A DNA stretch of 64,000 bases from positions 1 through 64,000 of the forward strand of contig CAVOXA010000006.1 in the NCBI GenBank assembly GCA_963700285.1. Reading direction: 5' to 3'. The DNA is from an uncultured Chloroflexia bacterium. GTDB taxonomy: Bacteria; Chloroflexota; Anaerolineae; JAAYZQ01. The notes under the pieces are model-generated. The model had not been told where the DNA came from. It saw only the letters and a list, made by a program, of their open reading frames with translations, and searched no databases. Below are positions 34,615-49,401 of the stretch, piece by piece. The position numbers and the translations under genes are program-made. Each line of letters starts with the position of its first letter. The first letter of the stretch is position 1.

Positions 34615-35967
34615 ATGACCATCGATCGCTTGTTATCCACCAGACTGCAGGTCCCCCCGCTCAGGCCCGACGCGGTCGAGCGGCCGCTTCTGGCTGCCCG
34701 GCTTGAGGACGGCCTGCGCCTCGGGCACCGCCTGACGCTGCTTTCCGCGCCAGCAGGCTTTGGCAAGACGACGCTGATCAGGGAGTGGATCGATGCGACA
34801 GATAGGCGGGTTGCCTGGCTATCGGTAGATGAAGGGGATAACGACGTCGCGCACTTTTTGCGCTACCTGGTGGCGAGTCTCGGCCAGGTGGATGATCAGC
34901 TCGTGGGGGCGCCTCTACCATCTACGTTCTCTCCATCTCCCCGGGAGCTGCTGGTGTCCCTCATCAATGGCCTGGCCGCAACCGAAAGAAACCTGCTGCT
35001 CGTCATCGACGACTATCACCTGATCCGCAGTTTCTCTGTGCATGACCTGATCGCCTTTGTCCTGGAAAACCAGCCACGCAATCTTCACGTCGTGGTCGCC
35101 ACACGCGAGGATCCGCCCCTGCCACTCGCCCGTATGCGGGCACGCGAGCAGGTTACAGAGATCCGCGAGCGCGCCCTGCGCTTCACCGTAGAGGAAGCGG
35201 AGGTGTTCCTCAACCAGACGATGAATCTGGGCCTATCCCAAGCCCTGGTCGCCACGCTGACGTCGCGCGCCGAAGGGTGGATCACGGGCCTGCAACTTGC
35301 TGGGCTTGCGCTGCGCCAGACGGGCAGCATCGAAGAGTTCGTGGCCGATTTTTCCGGGGATGACCGCTATATCGTCGATTACCTTCTGGCTGAGGTACTG
35401 GAGCGCCAGCCAGCAGCGGTGCGCCATTTCTTGCGGCAGACCTCTATCCTGACCCGGCTCTGTGCCCCTCTGTGCGACGCCCTCACCGGCCGGGATGACT
35501 CGCAAGCCATGCTGGAGCAACTCGAGGCGGCCAACCTCTTTCTTGTCGCCCTCGACCACCGGCGTGAGTGGTACCGGTACCACGTCCTTTTTTCGGAGGC
35601 ATTGCGGCTGGGGCTGACTGTGCAGGAGCAGGTTGCGTTGCATGAGAAGGCGGGGAGTTGGTTCCAGGTCCACGAGATGGAGCCATTCGCCAGACATCAC
35701 GCCCGCCTGGCAGCCGAGATGGCCAGGACGCCGGACCCATCCCGGCGACAGGCCATGGAGAACCAATCGCTGATCGAGCCGCTGAGCGAACGAGAGATGG
35801 AGGTACTCCACCTGATCGCCGCCGGACTTTCGAACCGGGAGATTGCCGGCCGGCTGTTCATCGCTCCCGGCACGGTCAAGCGCCACAGCAACAACATCTA
35901 TGGCAAACTGGGTGTGCGCAGTCGCACACAAGCGGTGGCGCGATCCAGAGACCTGGGGCTGCTGTAG
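34615..35967 (+). CDS. Short MalT-like LuxR regulator (ATPase + HTH, sensor/TPR region absent)
   Basis: [40 protein letters not shown]; intact 450 aa. Confidence 0.9.
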   Translation: MTIDRLLSTRLQVPPLRPDAVERPLLAARLEDGLRLGHRLTLLSAPAGFGKTTLIREWIDATDRRVAWLSVDEGDNDVAHFLRYLVASLGQVDDQLVGAPLPSTFSPSPRELLVSLINGLAATERNLLLVIDDYHLIRSFSVHDLIAFVLENQPRNLHVVVATREDPPLPLARMRAREQVTEIRERALRFTVEEAEVFLNQTMNLGLSQALVATLTSRAEGWITGLQLAGLALRQTGSIEEFVADFSGDDRYIVDYLLAEVLERQPAAVRHFLRQTSILTRLCAPLCDALTGRDDSQAMLEQLEAANLFLVALDHRREWYRYHVLFSEALRLGLTVQEQVALHEKAGSWFQVHEMEPFARHHARLAAEMARTPDPSRRQAMENQSLIEPLSEREMEVLHLIAAGLSNREIAGRLFIAPGTVKRHSNNIYGKLGVRSRTQAVARSRDLGLL

Positions 35968-35984
35968 AAGAGTGCCGCCGATCT

Positions 35985-36881
35985 TTATGTAGATTCGACG
36001 CGCTTATCTTCGTGCTGCCCAACTAGGCTCAGGTATGTATTCAGGCGCCGGCGAGCGGCTGCGCTCTCGGAGGTCAAGCCAAGCCGCCCGGAAATGACGA
36101 AAGTAGCCAGACATTCCATCGCGAGCGCGAAATCCAGTCTTTTCTCATCGATGTCGCTTCTGGAGAGCGACCGGTACGCATCGACCAGCGGAGATCGAAG
36201 AGCCGGAAGCTCCGTGATGATAGACGCAAGGTCTTCCTCGTAGAAGCCACGTCTTGTTTCCGCAAAGTCCACGATGGAAATCACAGAGTATCCTTCGAAT
36301 AGCAGATTGGAGATGTTCAAGTCACCATGAATCAGCGATGGTGAGTTCAACCCAAGGGAGCGATGAACCTGCCGCAGATGCGATAGGTAGTCCTCTGCCT
36401 CGAAGTCGCCGTGAAGCTCTTGGGCTAGATCGTCGAAGCGCTCCACTGTGTCGGGTACAACGCACTCCAATGCGACCGACGACAAAAGCCGGTGGATGCT
36501 TACCGCAGCCCGACCTAGTGCGGCAGCAACGGCTCGAGATTCCTGCGCCGGCAACCGCTCGATCTCAGCGACTCTCCTAACCTGTCCGCCCACCTTCGTT
36601 ACTTGTAGCCACAGCGGGGTGTCGGGATGGTCACGCTCTCCGGCGGTAACAGGGATCGGAGTAGACAGACCTGCGTCAATTGGACAGGTCTGAAGGGCCT
36701 GGAGTACTGCTATTTCCCGCTGGATCTTTTTTCGACCATCGCCGATACCAGCGCATCTGCGCCTAGTGAGTTTGCCGACGGTGCCATCTCCCAGGTCGTG
36801 AACCGAACCCCAGAGTCCCACACCTATGGTAGGGAGGGCGGCGAAATCAGCAGTCTGTACATCCATCTGGTTGAGAGCCAA
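35985..36881 (-). CDS. APH-family phosphotransferase
   Basis: LIHGDLNISNLL, IVDFAE. Confidence 0.75.
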   Translation of the reverse strand: MALNQMDVQTADFAALPTIGVGLWGSVHDLGDGTVGKLTRRRCAGIGDGRKKIQREIAVLQALQTCPIDAGLSTPIPVTAGERDHPDTPLWLQVTKVGGQVRRVAEIERLPAQESRAVAAALGRAAVSIHRLLSSVALECVVPDTVERFDDLAQELHGDFEAEDYLSHLRQVHRSLGLNSPSLIHGDLNISNLLFEGYSVISIVDFAETRRGFYEEDLASIITELPALRSPLVDAYRSLSRSDIDEKRLDFALAMECLATFVISGRLGLTSESAAARRRLNTYLSLVGQHEDKRVEST

Positions 36882-37198
36882 CTAGCAGCGCAAGTAGGGC
36901 CTTTGTGAACTCTTCGGACTGAATTGGTTGCATGGCAAGTGCCTCCTGGTGTCCATAGATCTCTGATCCGCGCAAAGTTGCCAGGCCACGCGAGACCGAG
37001 CGATTCGCCTGCCTGGCGCGGACCCGCTAATTACCCAGACTATATCCCATCTTTGGCTTGGTGGCAAACGCAGGTTGCCGGCCGAGTGTAATGCACTTCA
37101 CAGCGAGTGTGCCTGCGCTACCGGTATACTGTTTGGAGAGCCAAGTTGTGGAATTGGCGGACAAACCGGCGCAATGGCCAGGCGAGGAGACCGCAAGT

Positions 37199-38475
37199 AT
37201 GCTCAGATGGGTGCTCATGAACCTTTTGCTGCTCAGCTTGGCTGCCTGCAGTGGTGGGCAGGCGGTTGGGGTGTCTACTTCTGGTTTCGCCACCCGCGAG
37301 GGTGAGCCGGCACCGGCATCTACCCCGGTCAGCCGAGAGCCGGACCCAACCGTCTCAGCAGCAGACGCGCCAGCCGGCCGGCCGTCGCCCACATCCTCCC
37401 CACCAGTCGTTCCCTCATCAACACCAACCGCAACCCGCGTCCCGACCAGCTCCCCCTCTCCCGCGCCTACTCCGACGTCGACGTATACCGCTACTCCTAC
37501 TCCGACGCCTACGCGCACGCTCACAGCCAGTCCTACCCCTACGCCGCTGCACCCGCTGTCTATCGAGTACATGCGCCAGCAGACCTACCCGGGCAGCGCG
37601 ATCAGCATCGAAGAGACCCTGGCGCCGGGAGCGAACTATGACCGCTATATCGCTTCGTATCTATCGGAGGGCAACCGCATTTATGCCCTTCTGACCGTGC
37701 CACGGGGGGCAAGGCCGCAAAGCGGCTGGCCGGTAATCCTGTTCAATCACGGCTACATCCCGCCTCAACAGTACAGCACGACCGAGCGTTATGTGGCTTA
37801 TGTCGACGTCGATTGCGCGCAGCGGCTACATCGTCTTTCGCTCGGACTATCGGGGGCATGGCAATTCCGAGGGAGAGGCCTGCAAACGGTTATGCGACCG
37901 CGGACTATACGGTCGACGTGCTGAACGCGGTCGAGGCTCTCAAGGACTACCCTGATGCCGATCCGCTCCGGGTCGGCATGTGGGGCCACTCCATGGGCGG
38001 CGGGATCACCTTGCGGACGATGGTCACCACTTCCGACATCAAGGCCGGTGTAGTCTGGGCCGGGACGGTGGCCTCGTATGCAGAGCTATTCGAGCGCAGG
38101 TGGGGCTCAGGCGCCGGGGACGGCAACCCTCTGCCGACGCTCGATGCCGACAGTCAGCGGTGGCGCTGGCTGCCGGAGATGCTGGAAACGTACGGCCCTC
38201 CCGAGGAGAATCCAGCGTTCTACGCCGCAATCTCGCCCAACAGCTACCTGGGCGATTTGTCGGGCCCAATCCAACTCCACCATGGCACCGCCGATACCTC
38301 GGTCCCCGTGGAGTATTCCGTGATGTTGGACGCCCAGATTCAGGCAGTGGGGAAACCCGTAGAGCTGTTTACCTACGAGGGCGACAACCACAACATCTCT
38401 GCGAATTTCAGCAGGGCCATGGCGCGCTCCATCCGCTTCCTTGACACCTATGTCAAGGGAGCGGACCGCGACTGA
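37199..38475 (+). CDS. Lipoprotein alpha/beta hydrolase (S9-like) with Pro/Thr linker; frameshift near 37812
   Basis: LAAC lipobox, PT repeats, NHGYIPP, WGHSMGG, HHGTAD, GDNHN. Confidence 0.85.
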
Positions 38476-38546
38476 TGTTGCTGCCCGGGAGCGCATGCCG
38501 GAGAAGAACCTGAGCGATGCTGGCAGGTTCTCCTATCCCTTGCGGT

Positions 38547-38882
38547 TTACGGTCTGCTCACAGTCTGCCAGTCGTCGGTCGCAGGATCAAAGACCCAGAT
38601 CTCATCACTGATTTCATCGGCTGTTTTGCTGGTCAATTCGCCGCCGAACAAGATAGCCTTGTCCACCGAGGGTGCATAGGCCATTGGGAAGTGGGCGCGC
38701 TTGCCAGGGCTCTGTGACGGCGCTAGTGCTTGCCACGAATTGGCGTGATAGTCGTAGGCCCACACGCGCAAGTCCAACTCACCGGGAGTGTAGCCGCCCC
38801 ATAGAAGTACGTGGTCATTTTGGGGGTCGTAGGCCATGCCGTGGTAACCGCGCGCTGGAGGGCTGACTTCCGGCTGCATCAA
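38547..38882 (-). pseudogene. Kelch-repeat fragment
   Basis: PPARGYHGMAYD...LLWGG; PGKRAHFPMAY...ILFGG. Confidence 0.65.
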
Positions 38883-38905
38883 TGAATTGATAGGTGGGTC
38901 TAGCC

Positions 38906-39277
38906 TCAGACGTGTTGGTCGAAGAGGATGGGATTGCCGTCAGGATCCTCTACGATGAGACTGGCGGGACCGGTTGTGCCTTCATCGGCCTCGCTCACAA
39001 AGGTGATCCCCTGTTCTTTCAGGCGGCGCTGAAGCTCGCGCACGTCGGTGAAGGTATCAAGCTCCTTGGCGTTGCTGTCCCAGCCGGGATTAAAAGTCAT
39101 GATGTTCTTGTCGAACATACCTTGGAACAGCCCGATGACGGTATCGCCGTTCTTCATGATCAGCCAGTTCTGGTCGATGTCTCCGCCAAAGACCTGGAAG
39201 CCAAGCTTCTCATAGAAGGCTTTGGAGGCATGGATGTCCTCCACGGCTAGACTGATGGAAAACGTGCCCAGTTGCAT
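38906..39277 (-). CDS. VOC/glyoxalase family protein
   Basis: MQLGTFSISLAV...IGLFQGMF...DPDGNPILFDQHV. Confidence 0.9.
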   Translation of the reverse strand: MQLGTFSISLAVEDIHASKAFYEKLGFQVFGGDIDQNWLIMKNGDTVIGLFQGMFDKNIMTFNPGWDSNAKELDTFTDVRELQRRLKEQGITFVSEADEGTTGPASLIVEDPDGNPILFDQHV

Positions 39278-39443
39278 GTTTGGCTCCTTGTATCAAGAGG
39301 GTATCAAGATGTTCAATCGTCACCCTTGTCGCGGATCTGCCCAATAGCGGATGATTCATTCAGTAAATTATATCATATCAATAACTTGAAGTCAAATTGG
39401 GAGGGAGATCGAGCCTGTGCCCAGCCGAGATCCTTCGCGGACG

Positions 39444-39592
39444 CTACCAATGACACCGATCCTGTCACTGCGAGGCCCGCTGTTTGGGCCGAAGCACCGC
39501 CACGAGGCCTCGCGGTGGCAGTCTCCACTTGAGCAGCAGGGGGTTGCTTCGTCGGCCTACGGCCTCCTCGCAACGACGAGGTCGGGCGTCAT
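39444..39592. repeat. Palindromic REP/MITE-like element (GTCAYTGCGAG family)
   Basis: CTGTCACTGCGAGG...GAAGCA...GGCAGTCT...TTGCTTCG...CTCGCAACGAC; relatives at 43260, 45535, 47194. Confidence 0.75.
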
Positions 39593-39599
39593 TCCACAC

Positions 39600-39800
39600 T
39601 GAGTGGCACCCAGGATGGCGTGCCACAGGCCAATGCGACCCGCCTGCAAGGCCGCGGCAAATGGCCGGTCGCCCAAGACCTGCTTCCGCACGACGGCGTG
39701 GACTAAACCCTCGTGCGCTGCCATGAGTCGCACCAGACTGTCTCGGCATCCCGCTTGTGTCTGGCGGAAAAGGGCGGCCCCGGTGGGCTGACCAGGGGAC
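39600..39800 (-). pseudogene. sigma70 region-2-like ORF remnant
   Basis: LFRQTQAGCRDSLVRLMAAHEGLVHAVVRK...ALQAGRIGLWHAI. Confidence 0.5.
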
Positions 39801-39969
39801 TCGGGCGAAAACCTTGGGGTTGAATAGCGGGCTTCAGTTCTGCTTCGAAAGGCCCTCACCCCCGCCCGTTTGGCCTGCCAGGCGCCATGTGGTAGAATCC
39901 AATTACAATCCTCGCGTTGAACCTCACCGGCGAGGCTCGCAAGGGTTCCGTTATCAGGCGTCATGATTA

Positions 39970-39981
39970 GAACAAATTTTC
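39970..39981. promoter_or_regulatory. Putative LexA (SOS) box upstream of uvrA
   Basis: GAAC-AAAT-TTTC, one mismatch from GAAC-N4-GTTC. Confidence 0.5.
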
Positions 39982-40156
39982 GAGTTCTTTATGACAGGAT
40001 CTGACAACAACCTGCGCTAGAATGATAGGGGGTCATGCAGGTCAGCCGCCAGTGCCAGCACAAATCGTCTAATTCGTGAAATTCGTGGCAGAGTCCTGTA
40101 TCCAGCAACCCAGCCACCAGTCCCCGCCAGTACATACAACCGATCGAAAGGACCCT

Positions 40157-43228
<3,072 letters not shown>

Positions 43229-43259
43229 GGCAGCCAGAAGGAAACGGCTTCTGCAACTT

Positions 43260-43366
43260 TGTCACTGCGAGCGCCAGCGAAGCACCGCCGCGAGTCCTCG
43301 CGGTGGCAGTCCCCGATCACGTAGAGGGAGATTGCTTTGGCTCATACAACGGGCCTACTAATGACA
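43260..43366. repeat. Palindromic REP/MITE-like element
   Basis: TGTCACTGCGAGCG...GAAGCA...GGCAGTC...GAGATTGCTT...AATGACA. Confidence 0.75.
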
Positions 43367-43758
43367 CAGGGACAGTTGCTCTGGGCTCCGTGCGGACCAC
43401 AGTCCGCGCCTGGCTGCCAGGTGTGCTGGACTGTGGTCCAGCACGAGCAGAGAGGGGCAGAGGCGCCGAGCCCGGTTAGCCAACCCGTGTAGCAGTACGG
43501 CGAAGGGAGCATCCCATCGTGAAGCTCAAAGATCTGTTCAACGAGGAATCCGTGGCTACTAATGACACAGGGACAGTTGCTCTGGGCTCCGTGCGGACCA
43601 CAGTCCGCGCCTGGCTGCCAGGTGTGCTGGACTGTGGTCCAGCACGAGCAGAGAGGGGCAGAGGCGCCGAGCCCGGTTAGCCAACCCGTGTAGCAGTACG
43701 GCGAAGGGAGCATCCCATCGTGAAGCTCAAAGATCTGTTCAACGAGGAATCCGTGGCT
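43355..43758 (+). repeat. Exact 201-bp tandem duplication covering the alkC leader and first codons
   Basis: 43355-43555 equals 43556-43756, with CT microhomology. Confidence 0.9.
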
Positions 43759-44823
43759 GGTTTGGCCGCCGCGGTTGGAACCCAGGTACCGTCATTTGAG
43801 TCTGAAACCTTCCTGGCGCGGGTCTTTGACGAACCCTGGAAGGACCTGGAGCTGAAACAGCGCACGCGCCACATCACCACCGTGCTCCACGACCTCCTGG
43901 CCCTGGACTATCGTCCGGCCCTGGACGTCTTGCGTGGGGCGCTGCCCCACGTCACCGAAGATTGGTTCATCCTGATGGTCTTTCCAGATTATGTCGAGGT
44001 CTACGGCCTGGACGATTGGGAGGCGTCCATGCCCGCCCTGGAGGCCTTTACCCAGCGCATGTCCGCCGAGTTTGCCGTTCGCCCCTTTATCGCCCGCTAC
44101 CCCGAACGGACCATGGCCCAGATGCTGGCCTGGGCACGGCACGAGAACGCCGACGTGCGCCGCCTGGCCAGCGAGGGCAGCCGCCCGCGCCTGCCATGGG
44201 GCATCGGCCTGCCCGCCCTGCAGGCCGATCCATCGCCCATCCTGCCCATCCTGGAGCTGCTCAAGGACGACGAGTCCGAGTCGGTACGCCGCAGCGTGGC
44301 CAACAATCTCAACGACATCGCCAAGGACAACCCCGGTGTCGTCCTCGATACGCTGCGCCGCTGGCAGGATTGCTCCGGCGACCAACCCGAGATCGACTGG
44401 CTCACCAGCTACGCCCTGCGCACCCTGGTCAAGCAAGGGGATCCCCAGGCGCTGGAGCTGTTGGGCTACTCCAGCGAACCGGCCATCGCCGTGCGCAACC
44501 TCGCCGCCCAGCCAGAGGCGGTCTCTATCGGCGGCAAGCTCACCTTCTCCTTCGACATCGAGTCGTTGAGCGACCGGCCGCAGAACCTTGTGATCGATTA
44601 CGTCGTTTATCATATGCGCGCCAACGGGAGCCTGACGCCAAAGGTCTTTAAGCTGAGCAAGAGAACGCTGCGGCCTGGTGAAGTTGTGCGCATCGAAAAG
44701 CGGCACAGCTTTGCCCCGGTGACGACGCGCCGGTACTACCCTGGCCGGCACGCCATCGAGCCCAAGATCAACGGCCGGGTATTTGAGCGCGTCGACTTTT
44801 TTCTGGAGGTTCAAGCAACTTGA
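43720..44823 (+). CDS. alkC: DNA alkylation repair glycosylase, AlkC-like (HEAT repeats + C-terminal Ig-like domain)
   Basis: LELKQR, SAEFAVRPF, RRLASEGSRPRLPW, RRSVANNLNDIAKD, TPKVFK, TTRRYYPG. Confidence 0.8.
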   Translation: MKLKDLFNEESVAGLAAAVGTQVPSFESETFLARVFDEPWKDLELKQRTRHITTVLHDLLALDYRPALDVLRGALPHVTEDWFILMVFPDYVEVYGLDDWEASMPALEAFTQRMSAEFAVRPFIARYPERTMAQMLAWARHENADVRRLASEGSRPRLPWGIGLPALQADPSPILPILELLKDDESESVRRSVANNLNDIAKDNPGVVLDTLRRWQDCSGDQPEIDWLTSYALRTLVKQGDPQALELLGYSSEPAIAVRNLAAQPEAVSIGGKLTFSFDIESLSDRPQNLVIDYVVYHMRANGSLTPKVFKLSKRTLRPGEVVRIEKRHSFAPVTTRRYYPGRHAIEPKINGRVFERVDFFLEVQAT

Positions 44824-44947
44824 GAGGCATCTGTACCATCACGGGGGCTGCTGCCAAGATAGGGAGCCAACGTCGCCCCAGTCATTTGCCGCGGCCCTGA
44901 TTTGTGCTTTCGAACGAATCCAAGCCTGAATCAAAGGAGGGGTCAAC

Positions 44948-45463
44948 ATGAATACCGTAGAACTGTTGCAGCACGCGCTCAAGAACGCCCTTGACATCCT
45001 GGATGGGGTCACGGCCGACCTGACCCAGGAACAGGCCGACTGGCAGCCCCCAGGCACAGCGCTGTCCATCGGCACGCTCTACTGGCACACGATGTCCGGC
45101 GCCGACCACGTCGTGCATGGTTGGGGGCTGGGCCAGCCGCCCATCGTCCAGACCGGGGGCTGGGAGGAGAAGGTAGTCGTCTGGCAAGAGCCTGCTCAGG
45201 AAGGCGACCACGCGGCCTCGGTACACCCTGTCCGCGTTGACCTGGCGGCCATGCACGACTATGCCCGGGCTGTATCGGATGCGGCCCAGGCCTGGCTGGG
45301 CACCCTGGCGCCAGAGGACCTGGAACGCGTTGTCGAGACGCCCTTGGGAGAGCTCCAGCTTGGGCCCATGCTAGAGATCTTTGTCGTGTGGCACATCAGC
45401 GCCCATACGGGTGAGATCTCGGCCCTGAAGGGCTGCCAGGGGGCCCGGGGCTACCCCTTCTAG
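44948..45463 (+). CDS. DinB/YfiT family protein
   Basis: SIGTLYWH...HISAHTGEISALKG. Confidence 0.8.
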   Translation: MNTVELLQHALKNALDILDGVTADLTQEQADWQPPGTALSIGTLYWHTMSGADHVVHGWGLGQPPIVQTGGWEEKVVVWQEPAQEGDHAASVHPVRVDLAAMHDYARAVSDAAQAWLGTLAPEDLERVVETPLGELQLGPMLEIFVVWHISAHTGEISALKGCQGARGYPF

Positions 45464-45597
45464 GCAGATAGCTGCCCCTAGCAGTAGGCCCAGGACTGTT
45501 GCATCGCCCCTTGACATGCACTGCCGGCCAGATCTGTCATTGCGAGGCGCGCTGTTTGCGCCGTGGCAATCTCCAGGGTACAGGCAGGGAGGGAACT

Positions 45598-46698
45598 CGT
45601 GACAAGATCGCCAACTGAGATCAGGTCCAAACACCTGGATGATCTGCTCGTCGCCTCCATCCGGTTCCGTGGCACCTATGAGCAGGTTCCTGGCTACCTC
45701 GAAAGGCTGGTCCAGCAGACCGGTCCAGCCATAGACGGCCCGCCCATCCTGCTTCACCACTACTTTGATGAGGGGGTGGGAGAAGGACGACGATCTCGAG
45801 ATCTGCTGTCCGGTGCGCGAGGCCATGGAGGCTGGGGATGTCAGCAGCCGGACGCTACCGGGCGGCCGGGTGCTGAGCGTCGTTTGCGCCGGACCGCGTG
45901 GGCAGCGCGACACCGTAGGAGGTCGACGCCGCCTGGCAGGAGCTCTTTGTCTACCTCCGGCAGTATGGGGCCATCCTTGACCCGAGTCCGAGGCGAGAGG
46001 TATACCTCGAGGATCGGCAGCAGTCCGGTTCGGGCGCGGCGGACCAGGTCACCGAGCTGCAATTTCCCCTGGCCTTCTTTCGCCTGGAGATGCTCGGCGA
46101 AGGTCTGAAACACCACGGTGGCAAAGCGGTTCGGCGGCAGGTCATGCAAGGTGGCCAAGAATACGCTGCCCGCAGCGTCCAAGAGAATGCAGAGTGGTTC
46201 CGCGCGGCGATGGAGCGGCTGGACGCGGCCATCGACGACGAAGGGGCGCGCCGGGAGATCATGAACAACTGCGCTGACCGTTTCCCACCGCACCGCATCC
46301 AGACCCTGCGGGCCGAATACCAGAAGTCGGGCGATATCGACGAGCTTCTCCAGATCATGCGCGCCGACCGCACCCTGGGGGATCTGTCCTGGTACGAACA
46401 GCCAGTTCGCCGCGGGAACGTCGTATATGTCACCAAAGACCCGGTCCACCCCAAAGCCTACGCAAAGGCCACGGATAAACTCGAAAAGCGTTCGTGGTAC
46501 TGCCACTGCAGCCTGATGAGGGACCTGATACGGAGTGGTGAGACCGTGTCAGGCACCTATTGCCACTGCGGCGCAGGCTGGTACCACCAGCTTTGGGAGG
46601 GCATCCTGGGTGAACCGGTCAGGATCGACATAGTGGAATCGGTGCTCCAGGGAGATGACCTCTGCGCTTTCGCCATCCATCTCCCAGGACCAGCATGA
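45598..46698 (+). CDS. GyrI-like effector-binding domain fused to a Cys-rich (DUF6144-like) domain; frameshifted
   Basis: LVASIRFRG...LEICCPV; C-terminal CHC...YCHCGAGW...ESVLQGDDLCAFAIHLP. Confidence 0.65.
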
Positions 46699-46715
46699 AC
46701 AGAATGGAGAACAGA

Positions 46716-47174
46716 ATGGAACCCAAGATTGTCAGCAAAGAAGCGTTTACCGTCGTCGGCATCAGCATTCGCGCCCACATCGAAAAGCACGACATCCCCC
46801 AGCTCTGGGCCACCCTGGGCTCGCGGGTGTGCGAGATCCGGCACCTGGCCGAACCAGGCGCGGCCTATGGCCTGACCACCAGCTTTGCTCCGGAGACGGG
46901 CGAGTTCGACTATGTGGCCGGCTTTGGAGTCGAGCGCGCGGAGGACGTTCCCGAAGGCATGGTTGGCTGGGAGGTACCCGCGGCTACCTATGCCGCCTTT
47001 ACCTGCACGCTGCCAACCATGCCCCAGGCCTACGACTATGCCTACAACACCTGGCTGCCCGCCTCCGGCTACCAGCGCGCGCCCGGCTTCGAGTTCGAGT
47101 GCTATGACGAGGAGTTTGACAACCAGGACCCGAGTGCGGAGTTTGAGTTCTTTATCCCTATCGAGCGTCCATAG
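46716..47174 (+). CDS. GyrI-like small-molecule-binding protein
   Basis: MEPKIVSKEAFTVVG...IPQLW...EVPAATYAAF...WLPASGY...FECY. Confidence 0.85.
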   Translation: MEPKIVSKEAFTVVGISIRAHIEKHDIPQLWATLGSRVCEIRHLAEPGAAYGLTTSFAPETGEFDYVAGFGVERAEDVPEGMVGWEVPAATYAAFTCTLPTMPQAYDYAYNTWLPASGYQRAPGFEFECYDEEFDNQDPSAEFEFFIPIERP

Positions 47175-47193
47175 GCAGACACAGAAGGTCCAC

Positions 47194-47350
47194 CTGTCAC
47201 TGCGAGCGTCAGCGAAGCACCGCCATGCCCGCCACGAGTCCTCGCGGTGGCAGTCTTCCTCTGAGCCGGCAGAGATCGCTTTCCCTCGAAAGACTCGGGA
47301 CAGGCTGTCGCTGACACCCCTCGCAGAGACAGGATCGGTGTCATCAGTAG
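47194..47350. repeat. Palindromic REP/MITE-like element with a nested short element
   Basis: CTGTCACTGCGAG...CTCGCAGAGACAGGATCGGTGTCATCAGTAG; nested CCCTCGAAAGACTCGGGAC at 47283. Confidence 0.7.
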
Positions 47351-47429
47351 GGGCGTCACTCACAGCCTGCCCTGTGTGGTACACTGTATTTGCTGGAACA
47401 CCTTGTACCGAATCTGCGAGTCAGTCCAA

Positions 47430-47762
47430 ATGAAGCATGCCACGAAGCGGTCGTTTGCACAACTTCAATCTTTGCACATCCTGGTGGTCCTCAGCCTACT
47501 GGTCCTTGCCTTGTTTGGTCGGATGCCCGACAGTCAGGCGGGTTGGCTGACCAGCCCCCCGCAGCAGCCAAGCGTGTCCACCGTGGCAGTCTGCCGGAAA
47601 AGACATCGGCCTGCCCTTTCCCTCCAGAGCCGGTTGCGCAGCTTGTGGCAATACCTGACCCACAGTTGGGTACAGCCCGTCCCCCGCAGCCGGCTCTTGG
47701 CCATGCTGTGGTGCCTGAGCGGATGCCGGGGACCGGTGGTGATCATCAGCCCAATCAACTAG
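47430..47762 (+). other. Hypothetical ORF, possibly a truncated foreign gene start
   Basis: 110 aa ORF with N-terminal hydrophobic stretch; function not recognisable. Confidence 0.3.
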
Positions 47763-47774
47763 GAGGGATAGCCC

Positions 47775-49401
47775 ATGACCGCCCTTCAAGAAGCTTTCAC
47801 GCGGCTCGATCTCTTTGTCCAGCGGCGAATGCAGGCCGACCGCTCCCCCGGCCTGGCACTGGCTGCCACGGACCGCGAGGGTCTGCTCCACCTCGCTACC
47901 TATGGCTTTGCCGACGTCGCTGCCCAGACGCCGGTCACGCCGGACACTCTGTTTGAGATCGGCTCCATCAGCAAGTCGTTCACGGCCATCGCCATGCTGC
48001 AAATGGTCGAGGCTGGGCAACTCGATCTGCACGCGGCGGTGGCGCAGTACCTGCCCTGGTTCTACGTTCCGTCCGATTACCGAACCGATCACGCTCCACC
48101 ACCTGTTGTGCCACTCAGCCGGCATCATCAGGGGGACTGACTTTAGCACCGACGCGCGTTACGAAGTCTGGTCGCTGCGCGAGAGCAGAGCTTCAAGCCC
48201 GCCCGGGACCCACTACCACTACTCCAACGTGGGGTACAAGGCACTGGGATTGGTACTGGAGGAGGTCTCTGGCCGCGACTGTCAGGCTATGATCCAGGAG
48301 CGGATCCTTGACCCACTGGGAATGGCGGCGACGGAACCCGTCATCACGCACGATACGCGCAAGCGCTTGGCCGTGGGCTACGCGCGTCTCTACGACGACC
48401 GGCCCGCACACTCTAGCCATCCTCTGGTTCCCGCTACCTGGTTGGAGACCGCCACCGCGGACGGCAGCATCGCCGCCACGGCTGCCGACCTGGCAGCCTA
48501 CCTTCGCATGCTGATCAATCGAGGCCAGGGACCGCGAGGGCGCATCCTCTCCCCAGAGAGCTTTGAGCTGATGACCCGGCCTGCCATCGAGATGCCAGAG
48601 GAGGAGGTGGCTTTTGGCGCCTACTATGGCTATGGCCTCGACGTTGGGGAACGGGAAGGCCATACACTCATCGGCCACGGGGGCGGGATGGTGGGCTACT
48701 GTGCCTACATCTTGGCTGACCTGGATGACGGGCTGGGCGTCGTGGTACTGATTAACGGGCCGGGGGAGCCCGGCGAGATCGCAGGTTTTGCCCTGAAGCA
48801 GATGCGCGCGGCGTACCGCGACGGGCCCCTACCTCCGCTGCCGGATGCCCCGGAGCCAACAGGAATCGAGCTTGCCGCCGAGTATGCAGGCACCTACAGG
48901 TCGCAGAGCGCGACATTCACCCTGGCGGCCCAGGACGGGCAGTTGGTGATGCAAGCCGGCGACGCGCAGCTCGTCCTGGAGCGGCGGCGCGTCGACTGCT
49001 TTTACGTACCCCATGCCGACTGGTCACTTTTTCTGCTGCACTTTGGACGGGAAGAGGGCCAGGTGGTGGAAGCCTTTCACGGACCTGACTGGTACGCAGG
49101 TGAAGGGTATGCCGGCCCGAGGACCTTCGATTCGCCTCCGGCGTGGAGCGCCTACCCAGGCCACTACCGCAGCCACAATCCCTGGTACGGCAACTTTCGT
49201 GTCGTGGTGCGCAAGGGCAAGCTGTGGTTCATCCACCCCTCCGGGGAGGAAGAGCTGCTGGTGCCGCTGGGCGACGGCCTGTTTCGCGTCGGCGCCGACG
49301 AGCGCTCGCCCGAACGGCTGCGCTTCGACACGGTGCTGGATGGCCGTGCACTCCGAGCCAACCTATCGGGCTGCGACTACTACCGGACCTTTACGCCATA
49401 G
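47775..49401 (+). CDS. Serine hydrolase, beta-lactamase family (frameshift near 48070)
   Basis: FEIGSISKSF (SxxK), YHYSNVGY, GHGGG. Confidence 0.88.

Noticed and set aside
37400-37550. Repetitive CCGAC/CCTAC tract
   Set aside because: It encodes an ordinary Pro/Thr lipoprotein linker.
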